Below are positions 41,243 through 50,878 of a DNA stretch of 64,000 nucleotides, in pieces. The stretch is from NCBI GenBank assembly GCA_016234405.1, contig JACRCC010000032.1, positions 4,360-68,359 of the forward strand, written 5' to 3'. Position 1 is the stretch's first letter; each line of letters begins with the position of its first letter. The notes under the pieces are model-generated. The model saw only the letters and a list, made by a program, of their open reading frames with translations. It searched no databases and was not told the origin of the DNA. This stretch comes from Deltaproteobacteria bacterium. GTDB lineage: Bacteria; Desulfobacterota; GWC2-55-46. The position numbers and the translations under genes were made by a program.

Positions 41243-41740
41243 TTGAAGGACACAGGCTTTCTGCAGGACAACATAAGCGTCATCGAGAGCCTCAAAAAAC
41301 TCCCGATAATAAGCTCGCTCGAAGACAGGCACATAAAGGGGCTTGTGAAACTCTGCAAGATTATCGAATATGCCCCCGGTGAGCGCATATTCGCGGAGGA
41401 TGGTTTCGATCAGCACCTCTACATCCTCATATCCGGCAAGGTTAGCGTGCTCAAAAATGGCGTCGAGGTGAGCGCCCTCACGAAGCCCGGAGACATCTTC
41501 GGAGAGATGGGGATAATTGACGCCGCCGCGAGAAGCGCGTCCGTCTTTGCGGTAGACAAGGTCAGTTGCCTGAAGATGGACGCCTCCTTCATGGACAGAC
41601 TCAAGGGAGAAGAAAAACAGACCGTCGTCTGCGTCGTCAACAAGGTTTTTACGGAGATGCTCTCCGACCGCCTCCGGAAAACCACGGAGGAGTTCATAAA
41701 GGCGAAAGAGGAACTTGAGAGACTCAAAAAGCGCGGTTAA
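41243..41740 (+). CDS. Cyclic nucleotide-binding domain protein
   Basis: cNMP-binding beta-roll 'GDIFGEMGIID'. TTG start; there is no in-frame ATG. Confidence 0.7.
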   Translation: MKDTGFLQDNISVIESLKKLPIISSLEDRHIKGLVKLCKIIEYAPGERIFAEDGFDQHLYILISGKVSVLKNGVEVSALTKPGDIFGEMGIIDAAARSASVFAVDKVSCLKMDASFMDRLKGEEKQTVVCVVNKVFTEMLSDRLRKTTEEFIKAKEELERLKKRG

Positions 41741-41842
41741 TCCCTCAAGCTAAAACGCCGGCTATCAATAAAAACCCTTGACATTCTACAGCCTGTAGAA
41801 TATAATTGAAGCCAATGCCGCATTAGAAGAAGGAGGCCTGTC

Positions 41843-42244
41843 ATGTCCAAAAAATTCCTAAAAACCATCGTCATTGCCCTCACCTGCGCCGCTATTTTTA
41901 CAGCCGCTTCCCATGCACAAGCTGAGCAGCCGGCGGATAAATTAACGGCGGTGCAAGGCATCAAGCAAGTTGAACCGAACATGGTCTGCATGATCAACAA
42001 CACGGTCATGGACAAACCGCAGATACCAGTTGATTTTAGGGGCAAGACCTACTACGGCTGCTGCGAGGGCTGCGCGTCGAAACTAAAAAAGAGCCAAGAG
42101 GCGCGCACCGCTAAAGACCCTGTGACCGGCAAAAACGTTGACAAGGCGACCGCATACATCACAAAGGCGACTGACGGGAGCGCGCTGTATTTCGAATCCG
42201 CTGACACCGCCAAGCGGTTCTACTCGGCGCAGAAGAAAAATTAA
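41843..42244 (+). CDS. Secreted YHS/TRASH-like metal-binding domain protein
   Basis: Signal peptide. 'DPVTGKNVDKATAYI...YYGCCEGCASK' is a YHS-type Cys pattern. AGGAGG Shine-Dalgarno. Confidence 0.55.
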   Translation: MSKKFLKTIVIALTCAAIFTAASHAQAEQPADKLTAVQGIKQVEPNMVCMINNTVMDKPQIPVDFRGKTYYGCCEGCASKLKKSQEARTAKDPVTGKNVDKATAYITKATDGSALYFESADTAKRFYSAQKKN

Positions 42245-42270
42245 CTCGGCTAACCATGTTGCGATAAAAT

Positions 42271-42313
42271 AAAGCGAGGCGCCCTCCCCGCGGGGAGGGC
42301 GCCTCGCTTTTGT
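42271..42313. terminator. Bidirectional intrinsic terminator between the YHS gene and osmC
   Basis: 16-bp perfect stem gcgaggcgccctcccc / gggagggcgcctcgc, GCG loop, then TTTTGT. A-rich upstream. Confidence 0.7.
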
Positions 42314-42321
42314 GTCTCCCC

Positions 42322-42843
42322 CTACGCTATCTTCAACTCGGTCTCAAGCGGTATCGGGTTCGTGAGACAATAAACGGCAGGACAGCGCTGTCTTGAGAGT
42401 TCTTCAAGCTGCTTAATCTTATCCTTGGGCGCGACGCTTTCGACGTAGAGCGTAAACTTCACCTTCTCGGCTATGGGGTTGTTTGACAGTCCGAAGACCT
42501 TCGAGAAATCAATATTGCTCTCGGCAGTTACCTTGAGCTTTTTAAGCGCAATCCCTTCCATTGCGGCCATTGTCGCAAACGTCGCAACGTAGCAGGACGC
42601 CGAACCGTAGAGGCAATATATCATAGGCCCCGGCTTTGTCCCGCCCCCTCCGAGGAAACCCGGCTGATCGGTCTCAAGGGTAATCTTGCCGTTTTCAAAG
42701 CTCACCTCAGCCTTGAACTGCGCGCCTCCGGCGAGGTTCCACTCGCCTTCCACCTTATTCGTCTTCTTCGCCTTGGATAAGTCCTTTTGCGCGTCGGCGA
42801 TTGTGCCCTTCAACTTCTCGACGTTTACGTTATTGATTCCCAT
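42322..42843 (-). CDS. osmC: OsmC/Ohr family peroxiredoxin-like protein
   Basis: OsmC fold with conserved Cys. AAGGAGG Shine-Dalgarno. Confidence 0.8.
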   Translation of the reverse strand: MGINNVNVEKLKGTIADAQKDLSKAKKTNKVEGEWNLAGGAQFKAEVSFENGKITLETDQPGFLGGGGTKPGPMIYCLYGSASCYVATFATMAAMEGIALKKLKVTAESNIDFSKVFGLSNNPIAEKVKFTLYVESVAPKDKIKQLEELSRQRCPAVYCLTNPIPLETELKIA

Positions 42844-42860
42844 AACTGCCTCCTTTATTT

Positions 42861-43895
42861 TTACTCAATCCTTATCCTCCAGCCATCTTCCCGCGCAACG
42901 CACATACCTATAATCGCCGCGTTTACGCCTTTGGATCTAAGCGCGTCAACTAATTTTGCCGCCCTGCCCTGCGGCGCGGACAACAAAAGTCCACCCGAAG
43001 TCTGCGGGTCGTAAAGAAGCATCTCAACGGCGGCATCAACATTTACGCACCTCACCTCGTCTTTCAAAAACTCCATGTTCGAGGCTATGCTTCGGGGTCT
43101 ACATATCTTCTTCTTAACAAGCTCCGTTGCCATCGGGAAAAACGGAACTTGGGCGGCCTTGATGACAAAATTCACGCTTGACGCCCTGCACATCTCCATC
43201 GCGTGTCCCATAAGACCGTATCCGGTAACGTCGGTCGCGGCCTTGACGCCAAACCCCGCCATGACGATGGACGCGGCCCTATTGAGCGTTTTCATCGCCT
43301 CTATCGTTACGTCAGCGTCTTTTATCTTTCCGGCCTTGAGCCCGCTTGTGATGACGCCTGAGCCGATTGGCTTGGTTAATATAATTGAATCGCCTATCCT
43401 TGCGCCCGCGTTAGTTATGACCCTCTCCGGGTGAACGAACCCCGTAACCGAGAGGCCGTATTTTATCTCCGAGTCCTCTATCGAATGGCCGCCCACCAAA
43501 AGCACGCCCGCCTCACCCAACTTGTCCATGCTGCCGCGTATAATCTCGTTCAAGGGTTCAAGCGGCAGGGCTTTAGGATAACATACGATGTTCATGGCAA
43601 GACGCGGCGTCCCGCCCATTGCATAAACGTCCGAGAGGGCGTTTGCCGCGGCAATTTGACCGAAGGTGAACGGGTCGTCCAGTATCGGCGGAAAAAAATC
43701 GAGAGTCGTAACCACGGCCGTATCGCCCGACATTCGATACACGCCCGCGTCGTCGGCCTTGTCAAAACCTACAAGCAGATTTTTATCCTTTGGTATCGGG
43801 AGCTGATGCAGGACCTGCATCAGGGCGTTGGCGCTCATCTTGGCCGCTCAACCCGCGCAGGACGCCCATGACGTAAGTTTTATCTTTTTGCCCAT
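42861..43895 (-). CDS. selD: Selenide, water dikinase SelD, selenocysteine-containing (in-frame TGA at 43848-43850)
   Basis: The track ORF begins at 43838. Reading upstream in frame gives MGKKIKLTSWASCAG-U-AAKMSANAL, which aligns with the E. coli SelD N-terminus LTQYSHGAG-C-GCKISPKVL. The Sec/Cys of the catalytic loop falls on the TGA. Confidence 0.8.
43803..43823 (-). ncRNA. Candidate bacterial SECIS hairpin in selD mRNA (cugaugcag-GUC-cugcaucag), 24 nt 3' of the UGA
   Basis: Perfect 9-bp stem with G/U in the apical loop. Spacing is somewhat longer than the canonical roughly 11 nt to the helix base. Confidence 0.45.
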
Positions 43896-43932
43896 GTTCG
43901 TCTTTTGTCTTCACGGTTCACGGTCACGGCCG

Positions 43933-44640
43933 TTATATATAACCCTTAATCTTATAAAGCACAAGTCCGGCATACTCCCACATCACCTCGCCCAAAAGCC
44001 CGACTCTCTCGAATGCGCTCGTCCTGTGCCCCGTATAGTTCGCCACAGGCGCCGGATAAAAACCCATGCCGAGTTTTTTGGCGGTCAAGGATGCCCTGAG
44101 CATGTGCGTGGGTCCGGTTACGACGAGGCAGGTCTTGAGTTTTTTTTCATCCATATACGCCTTTGCGTTCCTCAGGTTCTCGTAGGTGGACGCGGAGCGA
44201 GCATCTGCCGCAACCAACCTTTGCGGGATGCCGAGCCTTGCGGAGATGTCCTTCATGATAGACGCCTCCACGACGCTTACGGCGGTTATGCCCTCTTCGC
44301 CGGAGACCGACCTGAGTATCTTTCTTGCCGGGTCAATGATGGTGCCGCCGGAAAACATTATCCTCGGCGCCCAACCGTCCTTGTAGAGCAGCAGCCCGTG
44401 AATAAGCCTTTCATTCGACGCCCCGCCGAGCGTCCCGTTGGCATAAGCCCCGCCGCCCAAGACGATTATGAGGTCGGTTTTGATAAGGCTTTGCGGCATG
44501 ATAAGAGGCGCGGCGAGCATATTGGCCGCAGGGGAATACATGATGACGAGAAACGCAACGGTAAACGCGAAGCAAAACCACTTTATGAAACCCCTTATTG
44601 CGCCGGCAGCCTTTATTAACGCAGACCCTCTCTCAGCCAT
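43933..44640 (-). CDS. DUF218 (YdcF/ElyC/SanA-like) domain protein
   Basis: 'LIIVLGGG...ERLIHGLLLYKDGWAPRIMFSGG' matches DUF218. Confidence 0.7.
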   Translation of the reverse strand: MAERGSALIKAAGAIRGFIKWFCFAFTVAFLVIMYSPAANMLAAPLIMPQSLIKTDLIIVLGGGAYANGTLGGASNERLIHGLLLYKDGWAPRIMFSGGTIIDPARKILRSVSGEEGITAVSVVEASIMKDISARLGIPQRLVAADARSASTYENLRNAKAYMDEKKLKTCLVVTGPTHMLRASLTAKKLGMGFYPAPVANYTGHRTSAFERVGLLGEVMWEYAGLVLYKIKGYI

Positions 44641-44661
44641 TGTGCCTCATAATGAAAAGGG

Positions 44662-46617
44662 TCATTCCCCTCTCAAAACCCGCTCGTCGCCCTTTCTCAC
44701 GGTAAAACCCTCCCTATCGAAAAACTCAAGTATCTCTATCGCAAGTTTCCTGCCGCAGCCAAGGGCGTCACGAAATTCCGACGCCTTTATGCCGCCCGTT
44801 GCCTTTACAATCTCCTCCAACCGGGCTCCGGCCTCCTTGACGGACGCGCCGGATATGAAAGACCCCTCCGTGAGCCTTACCACGACGGGGGCTACCCCCC
44901 CCGCGCCCTTCCTCTGAAGGTATCCGAGCGCCTTTTCAATCTCGCTTTTCTTGAAAGGGAGCTTCATTATATCAGCGGAGCTTACGGCAGTAAACCCTTT
45001 AGGTATGAGGTTTAAAACAGCCTTCTCGATTTCCGATTGCGCGGACGACGCGGAGGCTGAAAACCCCGGAAGGCTCAATGCCGGCCCTGTCCTTTTTAGT
45101 ATTCCCCTTTTTAAAAGGTCTTCGAGAAATAACCTCATGAGTTCATGAGACAATGGCCTGCCAACGGCTCGCATAAAAACGTTTAGAAGCGCCTCTTCGC
45201 TCATGCCCGCGTCCATTGGGTTTGCCCCGTGATGTTCGGAGACTGCGTCAATGGCCTTTTTTTCCAATGCCGAAAAGACGCGGGGGTCAACGATAAATGC
45301 GCCCAAAATCGTAAAGCCCCCCTCGCCTTGCCGCGAAAGCCCTTTTAAGAATCCCTCCTTTACGTTGAGTTTAAGAGTCGCCTCTGCAATTTCAATAAAA
45401 CCCGCCTCCCTTACGAGCGTTGCGGCAAGTTCCGCAACGTCCTCCGCGTCGAAGATACCGGTTGTCTTAAGAGGAAGCGCCTCGGACCTTGAAAAGTAAG
45501 GGGTGACGACCGTGCCGCCGCCGATTGTCCGGTTTTTTGAGACGTCCCTTATTATGAACCTGTCGCCGCGCAGCATCAAAAGCGGCTTATTTAATATGAG
45601 CCTGCCTGCAACAAGCCCGTTTTTATTTTTTTTCGCGCTGCCTCTTAGACTTATTCTGCACAACGCATCGTCCGTCAGGTGGTGCGCCCGCATCTGAAAG
45701 TTTTTTTTGGAAGACGCGCCCTCGCCCTCGACAAACTCGAATACCGCGTCCACGTATTGAATCTTAGACTCAAGCGCAAACTGCCGGTATCGGACAAGAG
45801 CCGTGCTTGCCGCGACTTCTCCGCGCCCTATCTCGGAATGTGAAACGCCCGTAAGGTTGAGCGCGGCCCTCTCGCCTCTACACGCCGAATCCACCGCCGT
45901 ATGCAGGCTCTCGATACCGCGCACCCTTACCTTTTTCCCGGACGGAAAAAGGACGAGTTCATCGCCTTTTTTCACGCTGCCTGACGCTATCGCGCCGGTT
46001 ACGACTGCGCCGAAACCTTTCCGCGCAAACACGCGGTCTACTGGGAGCCTAAAAAAGGCGTCTGTCGCGCTTGGCGTTGCCGAAGACAGAACCCTGTTTT
46101 TAATCAGCCCCCTGAGTTCATCCATGCCCGCGCCGGTTACGGTTGAAACCCCTATTACCGGAGAGCCTGAAAGGACGGTATTTTTTATGAGCGCCTTGAC
46201 CATTTCTTTCACCTCGTCAACCCTTTCAGAAGAAACGAGGTCGGTCTTGGTTATTGTGAAGATGCCCTTTTTTACGCCGAGGAATCGCACCGCGTCAAGG
46301 TGCTCGGTGGTCTGCGGCATGACGCCGTCGTCCGCGGCTATAGCAAAGAGAACGAAGTTTATCCCGGTTGCGCCCGCGAGCATGTTTTTTATGAACCTCT
46401 CATGCCCCGGCACGTCAACGAAGGCCGCCTTGATGGATTTACCGTCTCCGGCCTCTACGACAATGTGCGCGAACCCCAAATCAATGGATATCCCCCTTTT
46501 TTTCTCCTCAGGAAGCCTGTCGGTATCCATACCCGTGAGCGCCCGGACAAGGGACGTCTTGCCGTGGTCTATGTGCCCGGCCGTGCCTATGACGCATGGT
46601 ATATTCTCTTTTAACAT
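44662..46617 (-). CDS. selB: Selenocysteine-specific elongation factor SelB
   Basis: EF-Tu-like GTPase 'GHIDHGKTSL', 'DVPGHERF', plus long C-terminal winged-helix extensions. Confidence 0.85.
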   Translation of the reverse strand: MLKENIPCVIGTAGHIDHGKTSLVRALTGMDTDRLPEEKKRGISIDLGFAHIVVEAGDGKSIKAAFVDVPGHERFIKNMLAGATGINFVLFAIAADDGVMPQTTEHLDAVRFLGVKKGIFTITKTDLVSSERVDEVKEMVKALIKNTVLSGSPVIGVSTVTGAGMDELRGLIKNRVLSSATPSATDAFFRLPVDRVFARKGFGAVVTGAIASGSVKKGDELVLFPSGKKVRVRGIESLHTAVDSACRGERAALNLTGVSHSEIGRGEVAASTALVRYRQFALESKIQYVDAVFEFVEGEGASSKKNFQMRAHHLTDDALCRISLRGSAKKNKNGLVAGRLILNKPLLMLRGDRFIIRDVSKNRTIGGGTVVTPYFSRSEALPLKTTGIFDAEDVAELAATLVREAGFIEIAEATLKLNVKEGFLKGLSRQGEGGFTILGAFIVDPRVFSALEKKAIDAVSEHHGANPMDAGMSEEALLNVFMRAVGRPLSHELMRLFLEDLLKRGILKRTGPALSLPGFSASASSAQSEIEKAVLNLIPKGFTAVSSADIMKLPFKKSEIEKALGYLQRKGAGGVAPVVVRLTEGSFISGASVKEAGARLEEIVKATGGIKASEFRDALGCGRKLAIEILEFFDREGFTVRKGDERVLRGE

Positions 46618-46772
46618 CTTAAAAACCTTGATTTTACCTGAAGTTATCCTTCAAAAATATCTCGTTACTTGGCCTTTGTCCAGCCATTATTTGCCGCAGC
46701 CCGGTTTTACAATGTCAAACTATTGTGCTATGCTTTGTTTGCCTTACAATAAAAAACCCTTAAAACGATATT

Positions 46773-47558
46773 ATGCCGCAAAAACCGAAAGTGGCGTTTT
46801 TCTCCTTTACCTGCTGCGAAGGCTGCCAGCTCGCGGTGTTAAGCTGCGAGGACGAGCTGCCGGAGATAATAAAAGACGTTAATATCGTGAACTTCCGCGA
46901 GGCTTTTGACCAGCGGAGCGAGGACTACGAAATTGCGTTCATAGAAGGCTCCATCAGCAGAAAAGACGAAATCCACAAACTAAAAAAGATTCGCGCAAAG
47001 GCACGGGTGGTCGTGGCCCTTGGCGCGTGCTCCTCGACCGGAGGGCTAAATTGCCTAAAAAATCTCTATCCCATGGAGTTCGTCAAAAAAGAGGTCTACG
47101 GCAAAAACGCATCGAGATACCCCAGATTCGACACCATGCCGGTAAAGCCCGTTGACGCTTTCATACATGTTGACCACTACATACACGGCTGCCCAATACC
47201 GAAAAAGGAATTCCTGTCGGTCTTCACGTCCCTCTTGATGGGCAGCGTCCCGGTCATGGCGAATTACCCGGTGTGCGTAGACTGCAAGATGGCGGGCAAT
47301 ATCTGCGTATTCGAGAAAGGCATGACGTGCGTGGGGCCGGTAACAAGGGCCGGGTGCGACGCGATATGCGTCACCTACGGGTGCGTATGCTGGGGGTGCA
47401 GGGGTTTTGTGGACGACCCCAACGTCGCCTCGCACGAGGAAACGCTTAAAAGATACGGGATGGCGCACAGCGAAGTCATTAGGAGTTTCAACCTCTACGG
47501 CGAGCGCAAGATGGAGCCGAAGGCTGCATCAATGAAGTCCAAAACGAAATGCCGGTAA
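46773..47558 (+). CDS. Group 3 [NiFe] hydrogenase small subunit (MvhG/HydD-like, with C-terminal Fe-S cluster cysteines)
   Basis: 'FTCCEGCQLAV...GACSSTGG' proximal-cluster motifs and a Cys-rich C-terminus. Confidence 0.8.
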   Translation: MPQKPKVAFFSFTCCEGCQLAVLSCEDELPEIIKDVNIVNFREAFDQRSEDYEIAFIEGSISRKDEIHKLKKIRAKARVVVALGACSSTGGLNCLKNLYPMEFVKKEVYGKNASRYPRFDTMPVKPVDAFIHVDHYIHGCPIPKKEFLSVFTSLLMGSVPVMANYPVCVDCKMAGNICVFEKGMTCVGPVTRAGCDAICVTYGCVCWGCRGFVDDPNVASHEETLKRYGMAHSEVIRSFNLYGERKMEPKAASMKSKTKCR

Positions 47559-48844
47559 AAAAAGACCTGCACATACGCATTGACGAGCTGACGCGCGTCG
47601 AGGGGCACGGCAACGTCGTCATTGACCTCAAAAAAGGACGCATCAACACGCTAAACCTTGAGATAATTGAATCTCCGCGCTTCTTCGAGGTGATGCTCAG
47701 GGGCCGGAAATACGACGAGGCGCATCACATCATGTCGCGCATCTGCGGCATCTGCGCAGTGAGCCACACAAGCGCGTCCTTGAAGGCCATAGAGGCCGCG
47801 ATGAAAATAAATATTTCGCGCCAAGCAACGCTCCTCAGAAAACTCGCCTTCTGCGCCGAAGTGATCCAGAGCCACGTACTGCACCTTTATTTTCTCGTAT
47901 TCCCGGATTTTCTCGGCGAAGGCTCCATCGTCCCCATCATGTCCGCGCACCCGGAGATAACAAAAAGGGGATTGATGCTCAAAAGGCTCGCCAACGAAAT
48001 CTGCGCGAAGGTGGCAGGAAGGCACATCCATCCGATATCCCTTTCCCCCGGAGGCGTGACCCATACGCCCAAGCCGTCGGAGCTTAAAAAACTCAAGGCC
48101 CAGCTTGAGGCGTCGTTTGACGACCTCGAATACACGGTTGATCTTTTGTCAAAGGTCCGCGTCAGAGAGTTCACGAAACCGCGCGAATATATCTCTCTCA
48201 AAGACAGGGGCGAATACGGCATCTACGGCGGGGTCCCGTGCACGAGCCGCAAATATCCGTTGAGCGAAAAGACCTACGCCAAGAAACTCAAGGAATATGT
48301 CGTGCCCCACTCGGCCGCCAAACACGCAAAAAGTCCTAAGGGCACGTACATGGTCGGGGCGCTTGCGAGGCTCAACAACAACTGGGCGCAGCTCGGCAAA
48401 CGCGCCAGAGCCGTATCCAAAAGACTCGGGCTGTCTCCCGTGTGCCACAACCCCTTCCACAACAACACCGCTCAACTCGTCGAATGTTTCCATCTGACCG
48501 GGCAGGCCATATCTCTTATAGACGAACTCCTCGACATGGGCGTAAAAAAAGAATCTCTCAAAAAACCTAAGGGCTTTGGAGTCGGCTTCGGTTTAGTCGA
48601 GGCGCCAAGGGGCACGCTCTACCACGAATACGCCATAAACAAGGACGGCATCGTGGAGACCGCCAACTGCATTATCCCGACCGCGCAAAATCTGCGCTCA
48701 ATCGAAGAAGATCTAAGAGAAATGGTGCCGGAGATTCTTGACCTGCCAAAAGAAGAGATACGCAAAGCCGTGGAATCGCTCGTGAGGGCATACGACCCGT
48801 GCATATCATGCTCCACGCACATAATGAACGTGCGGTTCGAGTAG
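47549..48844 (+). CDS. Group 3 [NiFe] hydrogenase large subunit (Cys, not Sec, in the C-terminal motif)
   Basis: L1 motif 'RICGICAVSH'. C-terminal 'DPCISCSTH' followed by only 7 residues. Confidence 0.85.
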   Translation: MPVKKDLHIRIDELTRVEGHGNVVIDLKKGRINTLNLEIIESPRFFEVMLRGRKYDEAHHIMSRICGICAVSHTSASLKAIEAAMKINISRQATLLRKLAFCAEVIQSHVLHLYFLVFPDFLGEGSIVPIMSAHPEITKRGLMLKRLANEICAKVAGRHIHPISLSPGGVTHTPKPSELKKLKAQLEASFDDLEYTVDLLSKVRVREFTKPREYISLKDRGEYGIYGGVPCTSRKYPLSEKTYAKKLKEYVVPHSAAKHAKSPKGTYMVGALARLNNNWAQLGKRARAVSKRLGLSPVCHNPFHNNTAQLVECFHLTGQAISLIDELLDMGVKKESLKKPKGFGVGFGLVEAPRGTLYHEYAINKDGIVETANCIIPTAQNLRSIEEDLREMVPEILDLPKEEIRKAVESLVRAYDPCISCSTHIMNVRFE

Positions 48845-48921
48845 CAAATGTATTTCTCTTGTAAAAACCCCAATTTTTGTTGTATATATCTTTAACGGTC
48901 ACGGTTCACGGTCACGGCCTT

Positions 48922-50088
48922 ATGCGCATAAACATTGCCCAACAAAGCATCATAGACAAGATACTTGAGCGGGACATCCTCAAGACCTTTAAGGCCGAAA
49001 AAGTGGACCTGAGGGCCATGTTGAAGGAAATCCTCCTTTGGGCCAATAAATTCGTGCCTTCGGAATCAGGCTCCGTGCTCCTTGACGACCCAACGTTCAG
49101 CTGCAAGGAAAAAGAAAACGCGAAGGGTACTCCCCTCTGCGGCGTGCTCTACTTCGTGGCCTGCTTCGGCAAAGGCTCCTCCGCGCTTGCCGACACCGCC
49201 CTGCCGGTGAACGTCGGCATAGTCGGCCAGACATATCAATCCGGAAAACCCTACATCAGCAAGACCGTAAAAGAGGATTCCCGTTTCTACTCAGGCATAG
49301 ACAGGAAGACCAAGTTTCGGACCAAATCCATCGTCTGCGCGCCGATAAGGTTAAAGGGGCAAACCATCGGCGTAATTGAGCTTATAAACCGGTTGAACGG
49401 CATCGCCTACACGAAAAACGACCTTACGCTCCTGAAGATCTTCGCGGAGTACACATCCACGCTCGTCCAAAATTCCCTCGACGCAAAGATGTTCGCGGAA
49501 CTTTCCATGAGCGACAATCTCACCGGCCTTTTCAACGACAGGTACTTCTACAGCAGACTCGCAAAAGAGGCGCTGACGGCGCGCAAGCACGGGGGCGATT
49601 TGAGCCTCGTATTCCTCGACCTCGACAGGTTCAAAGAGGTCAACGACAAACACGGCCACCTTGCGGGCAGCATGGTGCTCACCGAGGTCGGCCGGATAAT
49701 ACGGGGAACGCTCCCGCGGGAAAGCTCAAAGGCGGCGCGGTTCGGCGGGGACGAGTTCGTCGTGATACTGCCGGGGTTGAATTTAGAGAAATCCTCCGAG
49801 TATGCGGAGAAACTCAGGCGCTCCGTAGAGGACTATACGTTTCTAAGGCACGCCCTATATAGAGGCGCCAAACCCATCATGCTAAGCGGACACATTACGA
49901 TATCCATCGGCGTGGCGTCGCTGCGCGCTAACGTCAAACCCGTTGGCTCGGTAAACGAGGTCAGGGACGCCTTGATACGACAGTCGGATACGGCCATGTA
50001 CAAATCAAAGGAAAACGGCAAGAACAGATACACCGCGGCAGAGGGTAAGATCGACCCGACGGAGGCTACAGGCAAAAAAGATTCCTAA
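48922..50088 (+). CDS. GAF domain-containing diguanylate cyclase (GGDEF)
   Basis: GAF region, then 'RFGGDEF'. The track start at 48877 reads through a family-C repeat (TVTVHGHG). Start taken at 'MRINIAQ'. Confidence 0.8.
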   Translation: MRINIAQQSIIDKILERDILKTFKAEKVDLRAMLKEILLWANKFVPSESGSVLLDDPTFSCKEKENAKGTPLCGVLYFVACFGKGSSALADTALPVNVGIVGQTYQSGKPYISKTVKEDSRFYSGIDRKTKFRTKSIVCAPIRLKGQTIGVIELINRLNGIAYTKNDLTLLKIFAEYTSTLVQNSLDAKMFAELSMSDNLTGLFNDRYFYSRLAKEALTARKHGGDLSLVFLDLDRFKEVNDKHGHLAGSMVLTEVGRIIRGTLPRESSKAARFGGDEFVVILPGLNLEKSSEYAEKLRRSVEDYTFLRHALYRGAKPIMLSGHITISIGVASLRANVKPVGSVNEVRDALIRQSDTAMYKSKENGKNRYTAAEGKIDPTEATGKKDS

Positions 50089-50261
50089 ACCCTGCGGCAA
50101 AAAATAGCCGCGCCTCCGGCTATCCGTCGCCCGCGACGCGAATCCTTGGATTCAATCCCGGTTTTCACACCGGACAAGTTTGCAAAATTGAAACCGCCAA
50201 AATCGGCATTAGGGTTTTATCATCCTTTCCACGCTCCTGAACGCGCACTGGGACGCTCAAC

Positions 50262-50330
50262 GTCCGATATTTCTGTCCGATATTTTTCTGTCCGATATTT
50301 CTTGACAACGCATCCCGGTTCATCTACCAT
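50262..50330 (+). promoter_or_regulatory. Three direct repeats (gtccgatattt) abutting a consensus -35 TTGACA (50302-50307), N17, TACCAT (50325-50330)
   Basis: Repeat copies at 50262-50272, 50275-50287 and 50290-50300. The -10 lies 8 nt before the ATG, which implies a near-leaderless transcript. Confidence 0.4.
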
Positions 50331-50338
50331 TCGATCTT

Positions 50339-50683
50339 ATGGACAGCAGGATACTGGACATACTCGTTGACATCAAGGCGGATGTCGGCGGACTCAAGAA
50401 GGGACTGGCCGACATCAAGGCCGACGTCGCCGATATCAAAATGGATATCGCCGACATCAAGGCCGACGTGGCTGAGCTTAAGGGCGACGTGGCTGAGCTT
50501 AAGGCCGACGTGGCTGAGCTTAAGGCCGATGTAGCTGAGCTTAAGGCCGATGTGGCTGAGCTAAAAGACCGCGTGGGCAGGCTCGAAGACGACATGGCTG
50601 AGGTTAAGTCCGAGGTCAGGACCATATCTCACGCGCTCCTCGATACGTCCAAGGAGGTTGCGAGGCTCAAGGGGAGCGGGTAA
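50339..50683 (+). CDS. Coiled-coil protein with tandem heptad repeats (DIKADVA/ELKADVA)
   Basis: Five tandem 21-bp units (50462-50566) encode AELKADV heptads. No TM segment and no recognisable family. Confidence 0.5.
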   Translation: MDSRILDILVDIKADVGGLKKGLADIKADVADIKMDIADIKADVAELKGDVAELKADVAELKADVAELKADVAELKDRVGRLEDDMAEVKSEVRTISHALLDTSKEVARLKGSG

Positions 50684-50790
50684 CGGAAAACGGAGACTGT
50701 AGTCATTTTTATCGTTCCCACGCTCCGGCGTGGGAGGGCATCTTGGGACGCTCCTGCGTCCAATGCGGCGGCAGGCATCCGCCGTTTAAC

Positions 50791-50861
50791 CCCTTCAAAA
50801 CAGCCTCTCTATCGCCTCTTTGACCGTCGTAACGCCGGCGAGTTTCATCCGGCCTGACGGC
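50791..50861. repeat. 71-bp perfect direct-repeat copy 1: a displaced duplicate of the radA 3' end (attL-like)
   Basis: Identical to 51786-51856. Confidence 0.85.
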
Positions 50862-50878
50862 CCGAAAAAGAGACCGCC

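Noticed and set aside
45803-46882. 359-aa ORF antisense to selB
   Set aside because: Antisense to selB, runs on into the small-subunit hydrogenase gene, and has low-complexity composition. Spurious.
47549-48844. [NiFeSe] hydrogenase with Sec
   Set aside because: The C-terminal motif reads DPCISCSTH with an ordinary TGC Cys codon, and there is no in-frame TGA.
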